Source of the DNA: Cyanobacteriota bacterium
Lineage (GTDB): Bacteria; Acidobacteriota; Vicinamibacteria; Vicinamibacterales; UBA2999
Reading direction: 5' to 3'
Length of the DNA: 64,000 bases
NCBI GenBank assembly: GCA_019752015.1
Contig: JAIEMQ010000002.1
Coordinates: 31,869-95,868, forward strand
The notes under the pieces are model-generated. The model worked only from the letters and a program-made list of their open reading frames with translations. It had not been told where the DNA came from and ran no database searches. Shown here in pieces: positions 18,667 through 27,057 of this stretch; the stretch's first letter is position 1; every line of letters starts with the position of its first letter. The position numbers were made by a program, and so were the translations under genes.

Positions 18667-20180
18667 TGGCGTTCCTCCTCGATCTCGCTCGCGTTGTCTG
18701 GATCGTGACGTTGATCGCGGTGATCGTCTGGGCGCCGGCGGCGTTGCTGACGCGCCGATGGCTGCCGCCGCTGGCCGCGATCCTCGAACAGCTGGTCGTC
18801 ACCCTTGCGATCGTGACCGTGGCGATCTCGCTGCTGAGCCCGGCGCACCTGCTCAATCCGTTCATGCTCGGCGCCGCCTACCTCGCGTGGCCGGCCCGCG
18901 GGCTGGTCTTCATGCATCGCCGGACGCTGACGGCCGACGCGATCGCGCTGTCGCGCCGCCTGACGCTTGCCACTGCCGTCAAGCTCGAACGCGCCGGCAC
19001 CCTCACGACGACATTGCGATCGCTGCCTCCCGCCCCGCAATCAATCGAGGCGCAACGCGCGTCGTTGATGCGTGCCATGACGTCTCCGGGCGCGCTGGTG
19101 GTGATCATGTCGGTGGTCGTGCTCGTCGTTCCCAAACTGGCGGCGACGCTCGCGTTCGTGCGGCTCGCGACACCAGCCGCCTACGCGGAACTGCTGACCG
19201 CGCAGCGCCTGTTCGTGGGCGATCTCGGCTGGCACCGCCCCGACGTGGCCGCTGACATCACGACGGCGCTGTCCGTTGTGAGCTCGATCTCTGCCGCGCA
19301 CCTGGTCCGGCTGCTGACACCGCTCGCACCGGCGATCGTGTTGCTGGTGATGGCCGCGGTATTGAGGTTGATGACGGCGTCGAGAGGACCCGCTGTGGCC
19401 GCAGCCCTTGTTGCGGCGGTCATCGGCGCCGGATCGGTCCCGACGCTTGCCGGCGCGACGGCGGCGCTCTTGCTGATGTTGACGACCTTCTTCCTGCATC
19501 AGGCGATTCGCCGGCGGGAGCGCATTGGCGTCGCGGCTACCGCGGGAATTCTGTTCGCGTTGACGGCGCCGATGCTGACGACGGCCGGGAACGCGCCGTT
19601 CGGCGTGGCGTTGATCGTCGCCGGCGTGGTATGGATCGCCGAGCGGCGATTCCAGTTCGCCCGGCCGCCGGTGAGGACGGCGTCTGCGACCGCGGTCGCG
19701 CTGCTCGCGCTCGCGGTGGTGGTGCCGCGATCGGCATCGGCGAGCTACGTCGAGTACGACGCGGCTGCGCGTCAGGTGCTGCGCATTGCCGGCGAATTCC
19801 CGAAGTTCAAGTGGATGGTCGCCGCGCCGGTCGAAGAATGGGTGTTGTCGTACGGACGCGGCTGGCACCTGAACCTGCATCAGTTCGTGGAAGAGGTCGG
19901 TCCGCGGACCAACGACCCGGGCTTCCGGCTGCCGTATCACGTCGACGAGTTGTTCGTGTTCGTCGAAACGCGGCCGTTCGCGACCTACGCGACGGAACCC
20001 GCCGATGTGCCCTTCAAGACGCTGATCGATCCGGTGTATCGCCATTACCGATCGCCGGCCGGACGCGCGAGCCTGCAATTTGCCGCCTACAAGATTTCCG
20101 AGCAGCTGCTCAGGCAGACGCCGTCGAGCGTGTATTACGAAGACGGGCGCCTGAAGATCTATCGGTTCCAGTTGCGGTGA
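18663..20180 (+). CDS. Multi-TM membrane protein with soluble C-terminal domain (possibly GT-C-like)
   Basis: ATGA-coupled; many TM helices followed by a soluble domain ending YYEDGRLKIYRF. Confidence 0.5.
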   Translation: MMAFLLDLARVVWIVTLIAVIVWAPAALLTRRWLPPLAAILEQLVVTLAIVTVAISLLSPAHLLNPFMLGAAYLAWPARGLVFMHRRTLTADAIALSRRLTLATAVKLERAGTLTTTLRSLPPAPQSIEAQRASLMRAMTSPGALVVIMSVVVLVVPKLAATLAFVRLATPAAYAELLTAQRLFVGDLGWHRPDVAADITTALSVVSSISAAHLVRLLTPLAPAIVLLVMAAVLRLMTASRGPAVAAALVAAVIGAGSVPTLAGATAALLLMLTTFFLHQAIRRRERIGVAATAGILFALTAPMLTTAGNAPFGVALIVAGVVWIAERRFQFARPPVRTASATAVALLALAVVVPRSASASYVEYDAAARQVLRIAGEFPKFKWMVAAPVEEWVLSYGRGWHLNLHQFVEEVGPRTNDPGFRLPYHVDELFVFVETRPFATYATEPADVPFKTLIDPVYRHYRSPAGRASLQFAAYKISEQLLRQTPSSVYYEDGRLKIYRFQLR

Positions 20181-20190
20181 TGCGTTGCAT

Positions 20191-21234
20191 ATGAAACGAG
20201 CGATTGCGATGTTGATGTTGATGTTGAGTGCCACCGCGCTGTGCAATGCCGCGGTCCCGATCGGCGCGTCCGCTCCGGCCGCGCCACTGGCGCCGGCGCG
20301 GCTCGCGATCTACTACGGCTATCCGAGCCTCGTAAACGGGGCATCGGGCGACGTCGCGCGCGCCGCGGCAACTTTTGCCGATTACGACGTCGTGGTCTTC
20401 GGCGACGGCCTCGAATTCGCGGACGTCAATCCGCGGCGCACGCCGGCGGGTGCCGGACCCGACGAGCATCGGCGAACGGCGGCGATCGTCGACAAGCTGC
20501 GGCAGCAATCAGTCGACGTCTACGGCTACATCGATCTGGGTAATTCGCAGAAGCTCCCGCTGCCCGAGTTGCTGCAGCGCATCAAGCTGTGGGCGGCGAT
20601 GAAAGTGTCGGGCATCTTTTTCGACGAAGCCGGCTACGACTACGGCGTGACACGTGAGCGTCAGAACGCCGTGGTCGACGCCACCCACGCCCTCGGGCTG
20701 GGGGCCTTCGTGAACGCCTTCAATCCGGACGACGTGTTCGGGGCGGCGCGGGTCCCGATCAACAGTGCCGGAGGCGGCAATCCAGGCGGTACCGCCAGTC
20801 AACTCGGGGCAAACGACACCTACCTGCTCGAGTCTTTCCAGGTGCGGTTGGGCGAAGCCGAGAATTGGTCGTCGTGGGCCATGCGCACGCGCGCCGCGGT
20901 GGCGCATCGCGCGAATCACGGCTCGAAGATTTTTGCCGTCACCACGACGACCGCGCCGACCGAGCGCAACGCAACGAGCCTGTACCCGTATGCATGGTGG
21001 AGCGCGGCGGTCTGGGGCCTCGACGGCTTCGGGTGGGGCGAGCCTGACTTCAGCGGCGCAACCAGCAAGCTTCCCGCGCGTCACCTGCTGATCAATCCGA
21101 CGGCGCTGGCCGGCACCCAGTTCGTGAGCGACGTCATCGAGACGGCCGACGGCATCGAGCGGCGCACCGACGCGGGTCGCATCGTGTTGTCCCGCGCCGG
21201 GCGCAGCGGCCGGTTCATTCCAGGCCAGCCGTAG
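20191..21234 (+). CDS. Secreted TIM-barrel glycoside hydrolase, spherulin-4/Sph3 (GH135)-like
   Basis: Signal peptide; LAIYYG, VYGYIDLG, GIFFDE and YLLESF motifs. Confidence 0.58.
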   Translation: MKRAIAMLMLMLSATALCNAAVPIGASAPAAPLAPARLAIYYGYPSLVNGASGDVARAAATFADYDVVVFGDGLEFADVNPRRTPAGAGPDEHRRTAAIVDKLRQQSVDVYGYIDLGNSQKLPLPELLQRIKLWAAMKVSGIFFDEAGYDYGVTRERQNAVVDATHALGLGAFVNAFNPDDVFGAARVPINSAGGGNPGGTASQLGANDTYLLESFQVRLGEAENWSSWAMRTRAAVAHRANHGSKIFAVTTTTAPTERNATSLYPYAWWSAAVWGLDGFGWGEPDFSGATSKLPARHLLINPTALAGTQFVSDVIETADGIERRTDAGRIVLSRAGRSGRFIPGQP

Positions 21235-21241
21235 GGCGGAT

Positions 21242-21270
21242 TTGACAGCATCGCGTTGCCGCGCAACAAT
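21242..21270 (+). promoter_or_regulatory. Sigma70-type promoter of the fad operon
   Basis: TTGACA (21242-47), 17-nt spacer, AACAAT (21265-70). Confidence 0.65.
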
Positions 21271-21287
21271 GAATGAATGTTCATTCA
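21270..21287. promoter_or_regulatory. FadR(YsiA)-type operator palindrome
   Basis: TGAATGAA-TG-TTCATTCA with perfect 8-bp arms; resembles the Bacillus FadR box TGAATGANTANTCATTCA. Confidence 0.85.
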
Positions 21288-21293
21288 GTTGGC

Positions 21294-21327
21294 GTCCGCC
21301 TTCGCCAAGGCTACGGCGAGACAGGCT
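21294..21327 (+). repeat. Palindromic repeat family A
   Basis: gtccgccttcgccaaggctacggcgagacaggct in the 5' leader of the TetR gene. Confidence 0.88.
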
Positions 21328-21332
21328 GTGTA

Positions 21333-21959
21333 ATGCGAAGTTCCTCGGCGGGCAAGCTGTCGTTCGTCAAACATCCTGCAGGGAACGTCGATAAACGCGA
21401 CGCGATCCTTCGCGCCGCCACCAAGGTGTTCGCGCACAGCGGCTTCTTCCAGTCGCAGGTCGCCGACGTCGCGCGCGTCGCGGGGGTCGCGGCCGGCACC
21501 GTCTATCTGTATTTTCAAAGCAAGGACGACCTGCTCGTGTCGATCTTCGAGCGGTCGATGAACGAGGTGCTCGCCGAAGGCCGCGCCGCGATGGCCGAAG
21601 TCCCGGACCCGGCCGCGCGCCTCGCGGAGCTGGCGCACCTGCATCTCGAACGCCTCGGCCGCGACAAGGATCTCGCCGTCGTGTTCCAGGTCGAGCTGCG
21701 CCAGTCGGTGAAGTTCATGGAGCGCTTCTCGGAGTCGTTCCTGCAGGATTACTTCAAGCTGATTCGCCAGGCGATTGCCGACGGACAGCAGAGCGGCGCG
21801 TTCCGCAAGGACATCAGCGCCACCACCGCCACCAAGATTTTTTTCGGCGCCCTCGATGAAATGGCCACCAACTGGGTGTTGAGCCGGCGCAAGTACGACC
21901 TCAATGCGGAGGCCGATGCGGTCGTGGACCTGTTCATCAACGGAGTGAAGCGCCAGTGA
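21333..21959 (+). CDS. fadR: TetR-family fatty acid degradation repressor (FadR/YsiA-like)
   Basis: HTH VADVARVAGVAAGTVYLYFQSKDDL; DLAVVFQVELRQS and FGALDEMATNW match the YsiA C-terminal domain. Confidence 0.85.
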   Translation: MRSSSAGKLSFVKHPAGNVDKRDAILRAATKVFAHSGFFQSQVADVARVAGVAAGTVYLYFQSKDDLLVSIFERSMNEVLAEGRAAMAEVPDPAARLAELAHLHLERLGRDKDLAVVFQVELRQSVKFMERFSESFLQDYFKLIRQAIADGQQSGAFRKDISATTATKIFFGALDEMATNWVLSRRKYDLNAEADAVVDLFINGVKRQ

Positions 21960-21977
21960 GCCACAGATTGGGCACAG

Positions 21978-24284
21978 ATGTCACAGATTAACTCAGTCAC
22001 GGTGCTGGGCGCCGGCACGATGGGCGCGCAGATTGCGCTGCACTGCGCGAACGCCGGCATCCCGGCGCTGCTGCTCGACCTGACCGCCGACGCCGCGAAG
22101 CAGGGCCTCGACAAGGCGCGCAGGCTCAAGCCCGATCCGCAATTCACGCCCGAGGCGTTCAGGCTGGTCACGACCGGCGGCTTCGACACGCATCTCGACC
22201 TGATCGCGAAGACCGACTGGATCATGGAGGCGGTGGTCGAGCGCCTCGACATCAAGCAGCAGCTGCTCGCCAAGGTCGATGACAAGCGGCGTCCCGGATC
22301 GATCGTCAGCTCGAACACCTCCGGCATTCCGATCGCGGCGATCGCGGAGGGCCGCTCCGACGATTTCCGGAAGCACTGGCTCGGCACGCACTTCTTCAAT
22401 CCACCGCGCTACCTGCGATTGCTCGAGCTCATCCCGACGGCCGAAACGGATCCGGCCGTGCTTGCCGCCATGGTGCACTTCGGCGATCACGTCCTCGGCA
22501 AGGGCGTCGTCATCGCCAAAGACACGCCGAACTTCATCGCCAATCACGTCGGCCTTTACGGCGTGGCGCGCACACTCGACGCCCTGGCGAGCGGCAAATA
22601 CACGATCGAAGAGATCGATGCGATCACCGGCCCCGCGCTCGGCCGTCCGGGAAGCGCGACGTTCCGGACGATGGACATCGCCGGCATCGACGTGCTCGCG
22701 CACGTGCTGCGAAATCTGAGCGAGCACCTCACGACCGAATCGGATCGCAAGGCGTTCGCGGTCGCGCCGCTGGTCGAGAAGCTGATTGCCAACGGCGCGC
22801 TCGGCGAAAAGACCGGCAAGGGCTTCTACGAGCGGCGCAAGAGCGCGGCCGGCGAGACCGAGATCTGGACGCTCGATCCGGTGACGCTGCAGTACCGCCA
22901 GAAGCAGTCGGCACGAATCGGGTCGATCGAAGCCGGCAAGTCGATCGATGACGTCGGCGAGCGCGTGCGGATGCTCTTCAACAGCAAGGACAAGGCCGGC
23001 GAATTCCTGCGCGAGACGCTGGCCCCGACGCTGGTCTACACCGCGCGCGTCACGCCGCAGATCTCGCATTCGATCGACGATGTCGATCGCGCCATGCGAT
23101 GGGGCTTCGGCTGGGACCTCGGGCCGTTCGAGCTGATCGACGCGATCGGCGCCAAAGAAGTAGTGGCCGCAGCGCAAGGCACGCATTCGATGGAAGGCGG
23201 CGTGCCGCCGCTCATCGCCAGCCTGCTCGAAGCGGGCACGCCGAAGTTCCGCGAGGGACTCGTCAAGCCCGCCGCGGGCGACCTGCAAATCCTTCGCACG
23301 GCGAAAGAACAAAACCGCGTCATCAAGAAGAACGCCGGTGCGAGCCTGGTCGATATCGGCGACGGCGTGATCGCCATCGAGTTCCATTCGAAGATGAACG
23401 CGATCGGCGGCGACACCGTGCAGATGCTGCAGGCCGGCGTCAAGGAAGCTGCGAAGAGCGGACAGGCGCTGGTGATCGGCAACGACGCGCCGAACTTCTC
23501 CGCCGGCGCCAACCTGATGCTGGTGCTGCTCGAAGCGCAGGAAGGCAACTGGGACGAGATCGACTTGATGATCCGCGCGTTCCAGGGCGCGACCATGGCG
23601 CTTCGATACAGCCCGGTGCCGGTGGTTGCCGCACCGGCGGGCCTCGCCCTCGGCGGCGGTACCGAGATTCCGCTCCATTGCGATCGCGTGCAGGCGGCCG
23701 CGGAAACCTACATGGGCCTCGTCGAAGTCGGCGTCGGCCTGATTCCCGGCGGCGGCGGCACCAAGGAAATGCTGGTGCGCGCGATGTCGCAGCTGCCCAC
23801 GCCGTCGAGCGATCCGCTGCCGTATGTGTCGAAGGCGTTCGAGACCGTCGCGCTGGCGAAAGTTTCTGCGAGCGGTCCCGATGCGCTCCGGCTCGGCTAC
23901 TTGCAGCCCACGGATTCGTTCACGATGAATCGCGAGCGGCTGATGGCGGATGCCAAGGCGAGGGCGCTCGAGCGCGTCCGCGAGGGGTATCACGTGCCGC
24001 CGCCGCGCACCGCGATTCCGGTCGGCGGCGAATCGGTGACGGCGGCGCTCAATCTCGGCGTGCACCTGATGTGGCGGGCCGGCCGCGCCAGCGACCACGA
24101 CAAGCTGATCGGCCAGAAGCTCGCGCACATTTTCGGCGGCGGCAACGTGCCGCATGCGACGACGGTCACCGAGCAGTACTTGCTCGATCTCGAGCGCGAG
24201 GCTTTCATGAGTCTGCTGGGTCAGCGCAAGACGCTCGAACGCATTCAGCACACGCTGAAGACCGGGAAGCCGTTGAGGAACTGA
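21978..24284 (+). CDS. fadN: 3-hydroxyacyl-CoA dehydrogenase/enoyl-CoA hydratase
   Basis: GAGTMG, EAVVERLDIK, SSNTSG, THFFNPPRY; C-terminal crotonase domain with FSAGANL and ALGGGTE. Confidence 0.92.
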   Translation: MSQINSVTVLGAGTMGAQIALHCANAGIPALLLDLTADAAKQGLDKARRLKPDPQFTPEAFRLVTTGGFDTHLDLIAKTDWIMEAVVERLDIKQQLLAKVDDKRRPGSIVSSNTSGIPIAAIAEGRSDDFRKHWLGTHFFNPPRYLRLLELIPTAETDPAVLAAMVHFGDHVLGKGVVIAKDTPNFIANHVGLYGVARTLDALASGKYTIEEIDAITGPALGRPGSATFRTMDIAGIDVLAHVLRNLSEHLTTESDRKAFAVAPLVEKLIANGALGEKTGKGFYERRKSAAGETEIWTLDPVTLQYRQKQSARIGSIEAGKSIDDVGERVRMLFNSKDKAGEFLRETLAPTLVYTARVTPQISHSIDDVDRAMRWGFGWDLGPFELIDAIGAKEVVAAAQGTHSMEGGVPPLIASLLEAGTPKFREGLVKPAAGDLQILRTAKEQNRVIKKNAGASLVDIGDGVIAIEFHSKMNAIGGDTVQMLQAGVKEAAKSGQALVIGNDAPNFSAGANLMLVLLEAQEGNWDEIDLMIRAFQGATMALRYSPVPVVAAPAGLALGGGTEIPLHCDRVQAAAETYMGLVEVGVGLIPGGGGTKEMLVRAMSQLPTPSSDPLPYVSKAFETVALAKVSASGPDALRLGYLQPTDSFTMNRERLMADAKARALERVREGYHVPPPRTAIPVGGESVTAALNLGVHLMWRAGRASDHDKLIGQKLAHIFGGGNVPHATTVTEQYLLDLEREAFMSLLGQRKTLERIQHTLKTGKPLRN

Positions 24285-24370
24285 TGACGGCCGGGTGGAC
24301 GGAAATCAGCCGGGGTGACGGACCTCAGCCGGGGGTTCAGCCGGGGCGACGGAAGTCCACGGGGAAATAC

Positions 24371-25153
24371 ATGGTTGATCGAGGGACTGGAGTTCCAATC
24401 GTTTTGATCCCAGGGCTGCAGGGCCGCTGGGAGTGGATGCGTCCGACCGTCGAGGCTCTCGCGGAGCATCATCGTGTCATCACGTTTTCGCTGTGCGATG
24501 AGCGCTCCAGCCCGTTTCCGTGCGAACCGAAACGCGCGTTCGAAAATTACATCTCACAAGTGGAGCTGGCGCTCGATCGCGCCGGCGTCGATCGAGCGGT
24601 GATTGCCGGCGTGTCGTACGGCGGCCTGATCGCGTCTGAGTTTGCGGCGCGCCGGCCGGGCCGGGTCGGCGCCCTGGTGCTCGCGTCGGCGCTGCACTCG
24701 TCGTGGGAGCCCGATCAGCGTCAGCAGAGCTACCTGGACGCGCCGATTCTTCGCAGCCCGATGTTCGTGGCCACCGCGCCCCGTCGCATACGGCCGGAAC
24801 TGGTGGCGGCATTGCCGTCGATGATCGAACGCTTGCGATTCGGAGCCGCGCATGGCGCGCGACTGGTATTGTCGCCAACCACGCCAAGCCGCATGGCGCG
24901 GCGCATTCTCTGGGCGAAGTCGCATCATTTTGCCGATCCGCGGCGCGTCAAGGCGCCGGCACTGCTCATCACCGGCGAGCCGGAGCTCGACCGCGTCGTG
25001 CCGGTCGACGTATCGCGCCGCTATCTCAATGATCTCGAGCGCGCCGAACACGTCGTCTTGAAACGCACGGGCCACCTCGGTCTCGTGACACGCCCGGGCG
25101 AATTCGCCGGCGTGCTCGAAAGGTTTGTGAATGGCGTCAGACTTTCTGCGTGA
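24371..25153 (+). CDS. Alpha/beta hydrolase
   Basis: GVSYGG nucleophile elbow, LDRVVP, TGHLG; alternative coupled start at 24284. Confidence 0.8.
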   Translation: MVDRGTGVPIVLIPGLQGRWEWMRPTVEALAEHHRVITFSLCDERSSPFPCEPKRAFENYISQVELALDRAGVDRAVIAGVSYGGLIASEFAARRPGRVGALVLASALHSSWEPDQRQQSYLDAPILRSPMFVATAPRRIRPELVAALPSMIERLRFGAAHGARLVLSPTTPSRMARRILWAKSHHFADPRRVKAPALLITGEPELDRVVPVDVSRRYLNDLERAEHVVLKRTGHLGLVTRPGEFAGVLERFVNGVRLSA

Positions 25154-25772
25154 GATCGCCGGCCCGGCCGGCGTGCTCGAGGCGCTGCTCGACGAGCCGG
25201 CGGCAGCGCCGCGCGCCGTCGCCGTGTTCGGGCATCCGCATCCGCTGCACGGCGGCACGATGCACACGAAAGCGTTGTATCAGGCGGCCAAGGCCATGCC
25301 GGGCATAGGCGTGGCGGCGCTGCGTTTCAATTTCCGGGGCGTCGGCCGCAGCGCCGGCACCTTTGACGCGGGTCCCGGTGAGAAGGCGGATTTCAAGGCG
25401 GCGATTGATTTCGTCGCCGACCGCTTCCCCGACACGCCGATCTGGGCCGCCGGCATGTCGTTCGGATCGTGGATCGCGATGACGGCCGGCGCCGACGATG
25501 CGCGCGTCTCGCTGCTGCTCGCGATCGCGCCGCCGGTCGATCGCTACGATTTCGATGCGCTGAAAACGTGCACGCTGCCGAAGTTCATCATTCACGGCGA
25601 GGAAGATGAACTGATCTCGATCAAGGAGATCCGCAAGTTCTACGCGCAGCTGCCGGAGCCGAAGGAGCTCGTCACGATCGAGTACGCGAATCACCTGTTC
25701 GAGGGCAAGACACCGCTGGTCGGAGAGGCCGTCGAAGATTTGCTGGCTGATTTCAACACGGTAAGGACATAA
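25131..25772 (+). CDS. Alpha/beta hydrolase (COG2945-like)
   Basis: HPHPLHGGTM, LRFNFRGVG, GMSFGS, HGEEDE, ANHLF. Confidence 0.88.
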   Translation: MASDFLREIAGPAGVLEALLDEPAAAPRAVAVFGHPHPLHGGTMHTKALYQAAKAMPGIGVAALRFNFRGVGRSAGTFDAGPGEKADFKAAIDFVADRFPDTPIWAAGMSFGSWIAMTAGADDARVSLLLAIAPPVDRYDFDALKTCTLPKFIIHGEEDELISIKEIRKFYAQLPEPKELVTIEYANHLFEGKTPLVGEAVEDLLADFNTVRT

Positions 25773-25775
25773 ATC

Positions 25776-26990
25776 ATGCAAGACGCAGTCATCGTTTCAG
25801 CTGTTCGGACCGCGGTCGGCAAGGCGCCGAAGGGCACCCTCAGCGTGATGCGCCCCGACGAGCTCGGCGCGATCGCGATCAAAGGCGCGCTCGACAAGAT
25901 CCCGCAGTTCGATCCGACGCTCGTGGACGACGTCATCATCGGGTGCGCCATGCCCGAAGGCGAACAGGGCATGAACGTCGCGCGCATCTCGGGCCTGCGC
26001 GCCGGCATCCCGGTCGAGGCCTCGGCCGTCACCGTCAACCGCTTCTGTTCTTCCGGCCTGCAGGCCATTGCCTACGGCGCCGAGCGCATCATGCTCGGCC
26101 AGGGACGCGCCGCGGTGGCCGGCGGCACCGAGTCGATGAGCATGGTGCCGATGGGCGGCAACAAGATCTCGCCGAACCCGGCGCTGGTCTCTTCGTATCC
26201 GGATGTTTATTTGAGCACCGGCCTGGTCGCTGAAAATCACGCGCGCGAGTCGACGGTGTCGCGCGCGGAGCAGGACGAGTTCGCGCTGCGCAGTCACCAG
26301 CGCGCCGTCAGCGCGATCGAGAAAGGCCACTTCAAGAACGAGATCGTTCCATTAACCGTGAAGGTCGTGAATCCGCCTAAAAGTGGACACTACCCGTCCG
26401 GACAGGTGGTGTCCGGCTTTAGCCGGATAGATGTTAAGGAAATTATTTTTGATACGGACGAGGGTCCGCGCCGTGACACCTCGCTCGAAGCGCTGGCGAA
26501 GTTGAAGCCGGCGTTCCACGTCAGCGGCACCGTCACCGCGGGCAATTCATCGCAGACGAGCGACGGCGGCGCCGCGGTCATCATCACTTCAGCGGAGCTC
26601 GCCAAGGAGCGCGGCCTCACGCCGCTGGCGCGCTTCGTCGGCTACGCGACCGCGGGCGTCAAGCCGGAGCTGTTTGGCATCGGGCCGGTGCCGGCGATCC
26701 GCAAGGTCCTCAAGCAGACCGGCCTGACACTCGATCAGATCGACCTGATCGAGCTGAACGAAGCGTTCGCCGCGCAGGCGCTCGCCTGCATGAAGGAGCT
26801 CGGCCTCGACCCCGAGAAAGTGAACGTCAACGGCGGCGCCATCGCGCTCGGGCATCCGCTCGGCTGCACCGGCGCGAAGCTCACGGCAACGATCATCAAC
26901 GAGATGCACCGCCGCAAGGCGCGCTACGGAATGGTCACGATGTGTGTCGGCGGCGGTATGGGTGCTGCTGGGGTTTTTGAACGGATGTAG
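25776..26990 (+). CDS. fadA: Acetyl-CoA C-acyltransferase (thiolase)
   Basis: [30 protein letters not shown]. Confidence 0.95.
   Translation: MQDAVIVSAVRTAVGKAPKGTLSVMRPDELGAIAIKGALDKIPQFDPTLVDDVIIGCAMPEGEQGMNVARISGLRAGIPVEASAVTVNRFCSSGLQAIAYGAERIMLGQGRAAVAGGTESMSMVPMGGNKISPNPALVSSYPDVYLSTGLVAENHARESTVSRAEQDEFALRSHQRAVSAIEKGHFKNEIVPLTVKVVNPPKSGHYPSGQVVSGFSRIDVKEIIFDTDEGPRRDTSLEALAKLKPAFHVSGTVTAGNSSQTSDGGAAVIITSAELAKERGLTPLARFVGYATAGVKPELFGIGPVPAIRKVLKQTGLTLDQIDLIELNEAFAAQALACMKELGLDPEKVNVNGGAIALGHPLGCTGAKLTATIINEMHRRKARYGMVTMCVGGGMGAAGVFERM
26371..26428. repeat. Palindromic repeat family B (GTRGTGTCCGGCTTTAGCCGGA), head-to-head pair inside fadA
   Basis: 26371-26394 versus the reverse complement of 26405-26428: 19/24 identical; translates as [20 protein letters not shown]. 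Confidence 0.75.
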
Positions 26991-27046
26991 AAGGCAGAAG
27001 GCAGAAGGCAAAAGGGAAGGTAGAAGGTAGAAGGTAGAAGGTAAAA
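26987..27046 (+). repeat. Heptamer tandem repeat (GYAGAAG)n
   Basis: About 8 units starting at the fadA stop codon and ending in TAAAAT before fadE. Confidence 0.88.
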
Positions 27047-27057
27047 TGCGAGGACAT

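Noticed and set aside
21993-24251. 752-aa antisense ORF and other long antisense ORFs (37909-39429, 50655-52379)
   Set aside because: Expected opposite genes in high-GC DNA; no recognisable motifs.
23099-24283. Apparent long N-terminal extension of the hydrolase
   Set aside because: Alternate frame of fadN; the hydrolase begins at 24284 or 24371.
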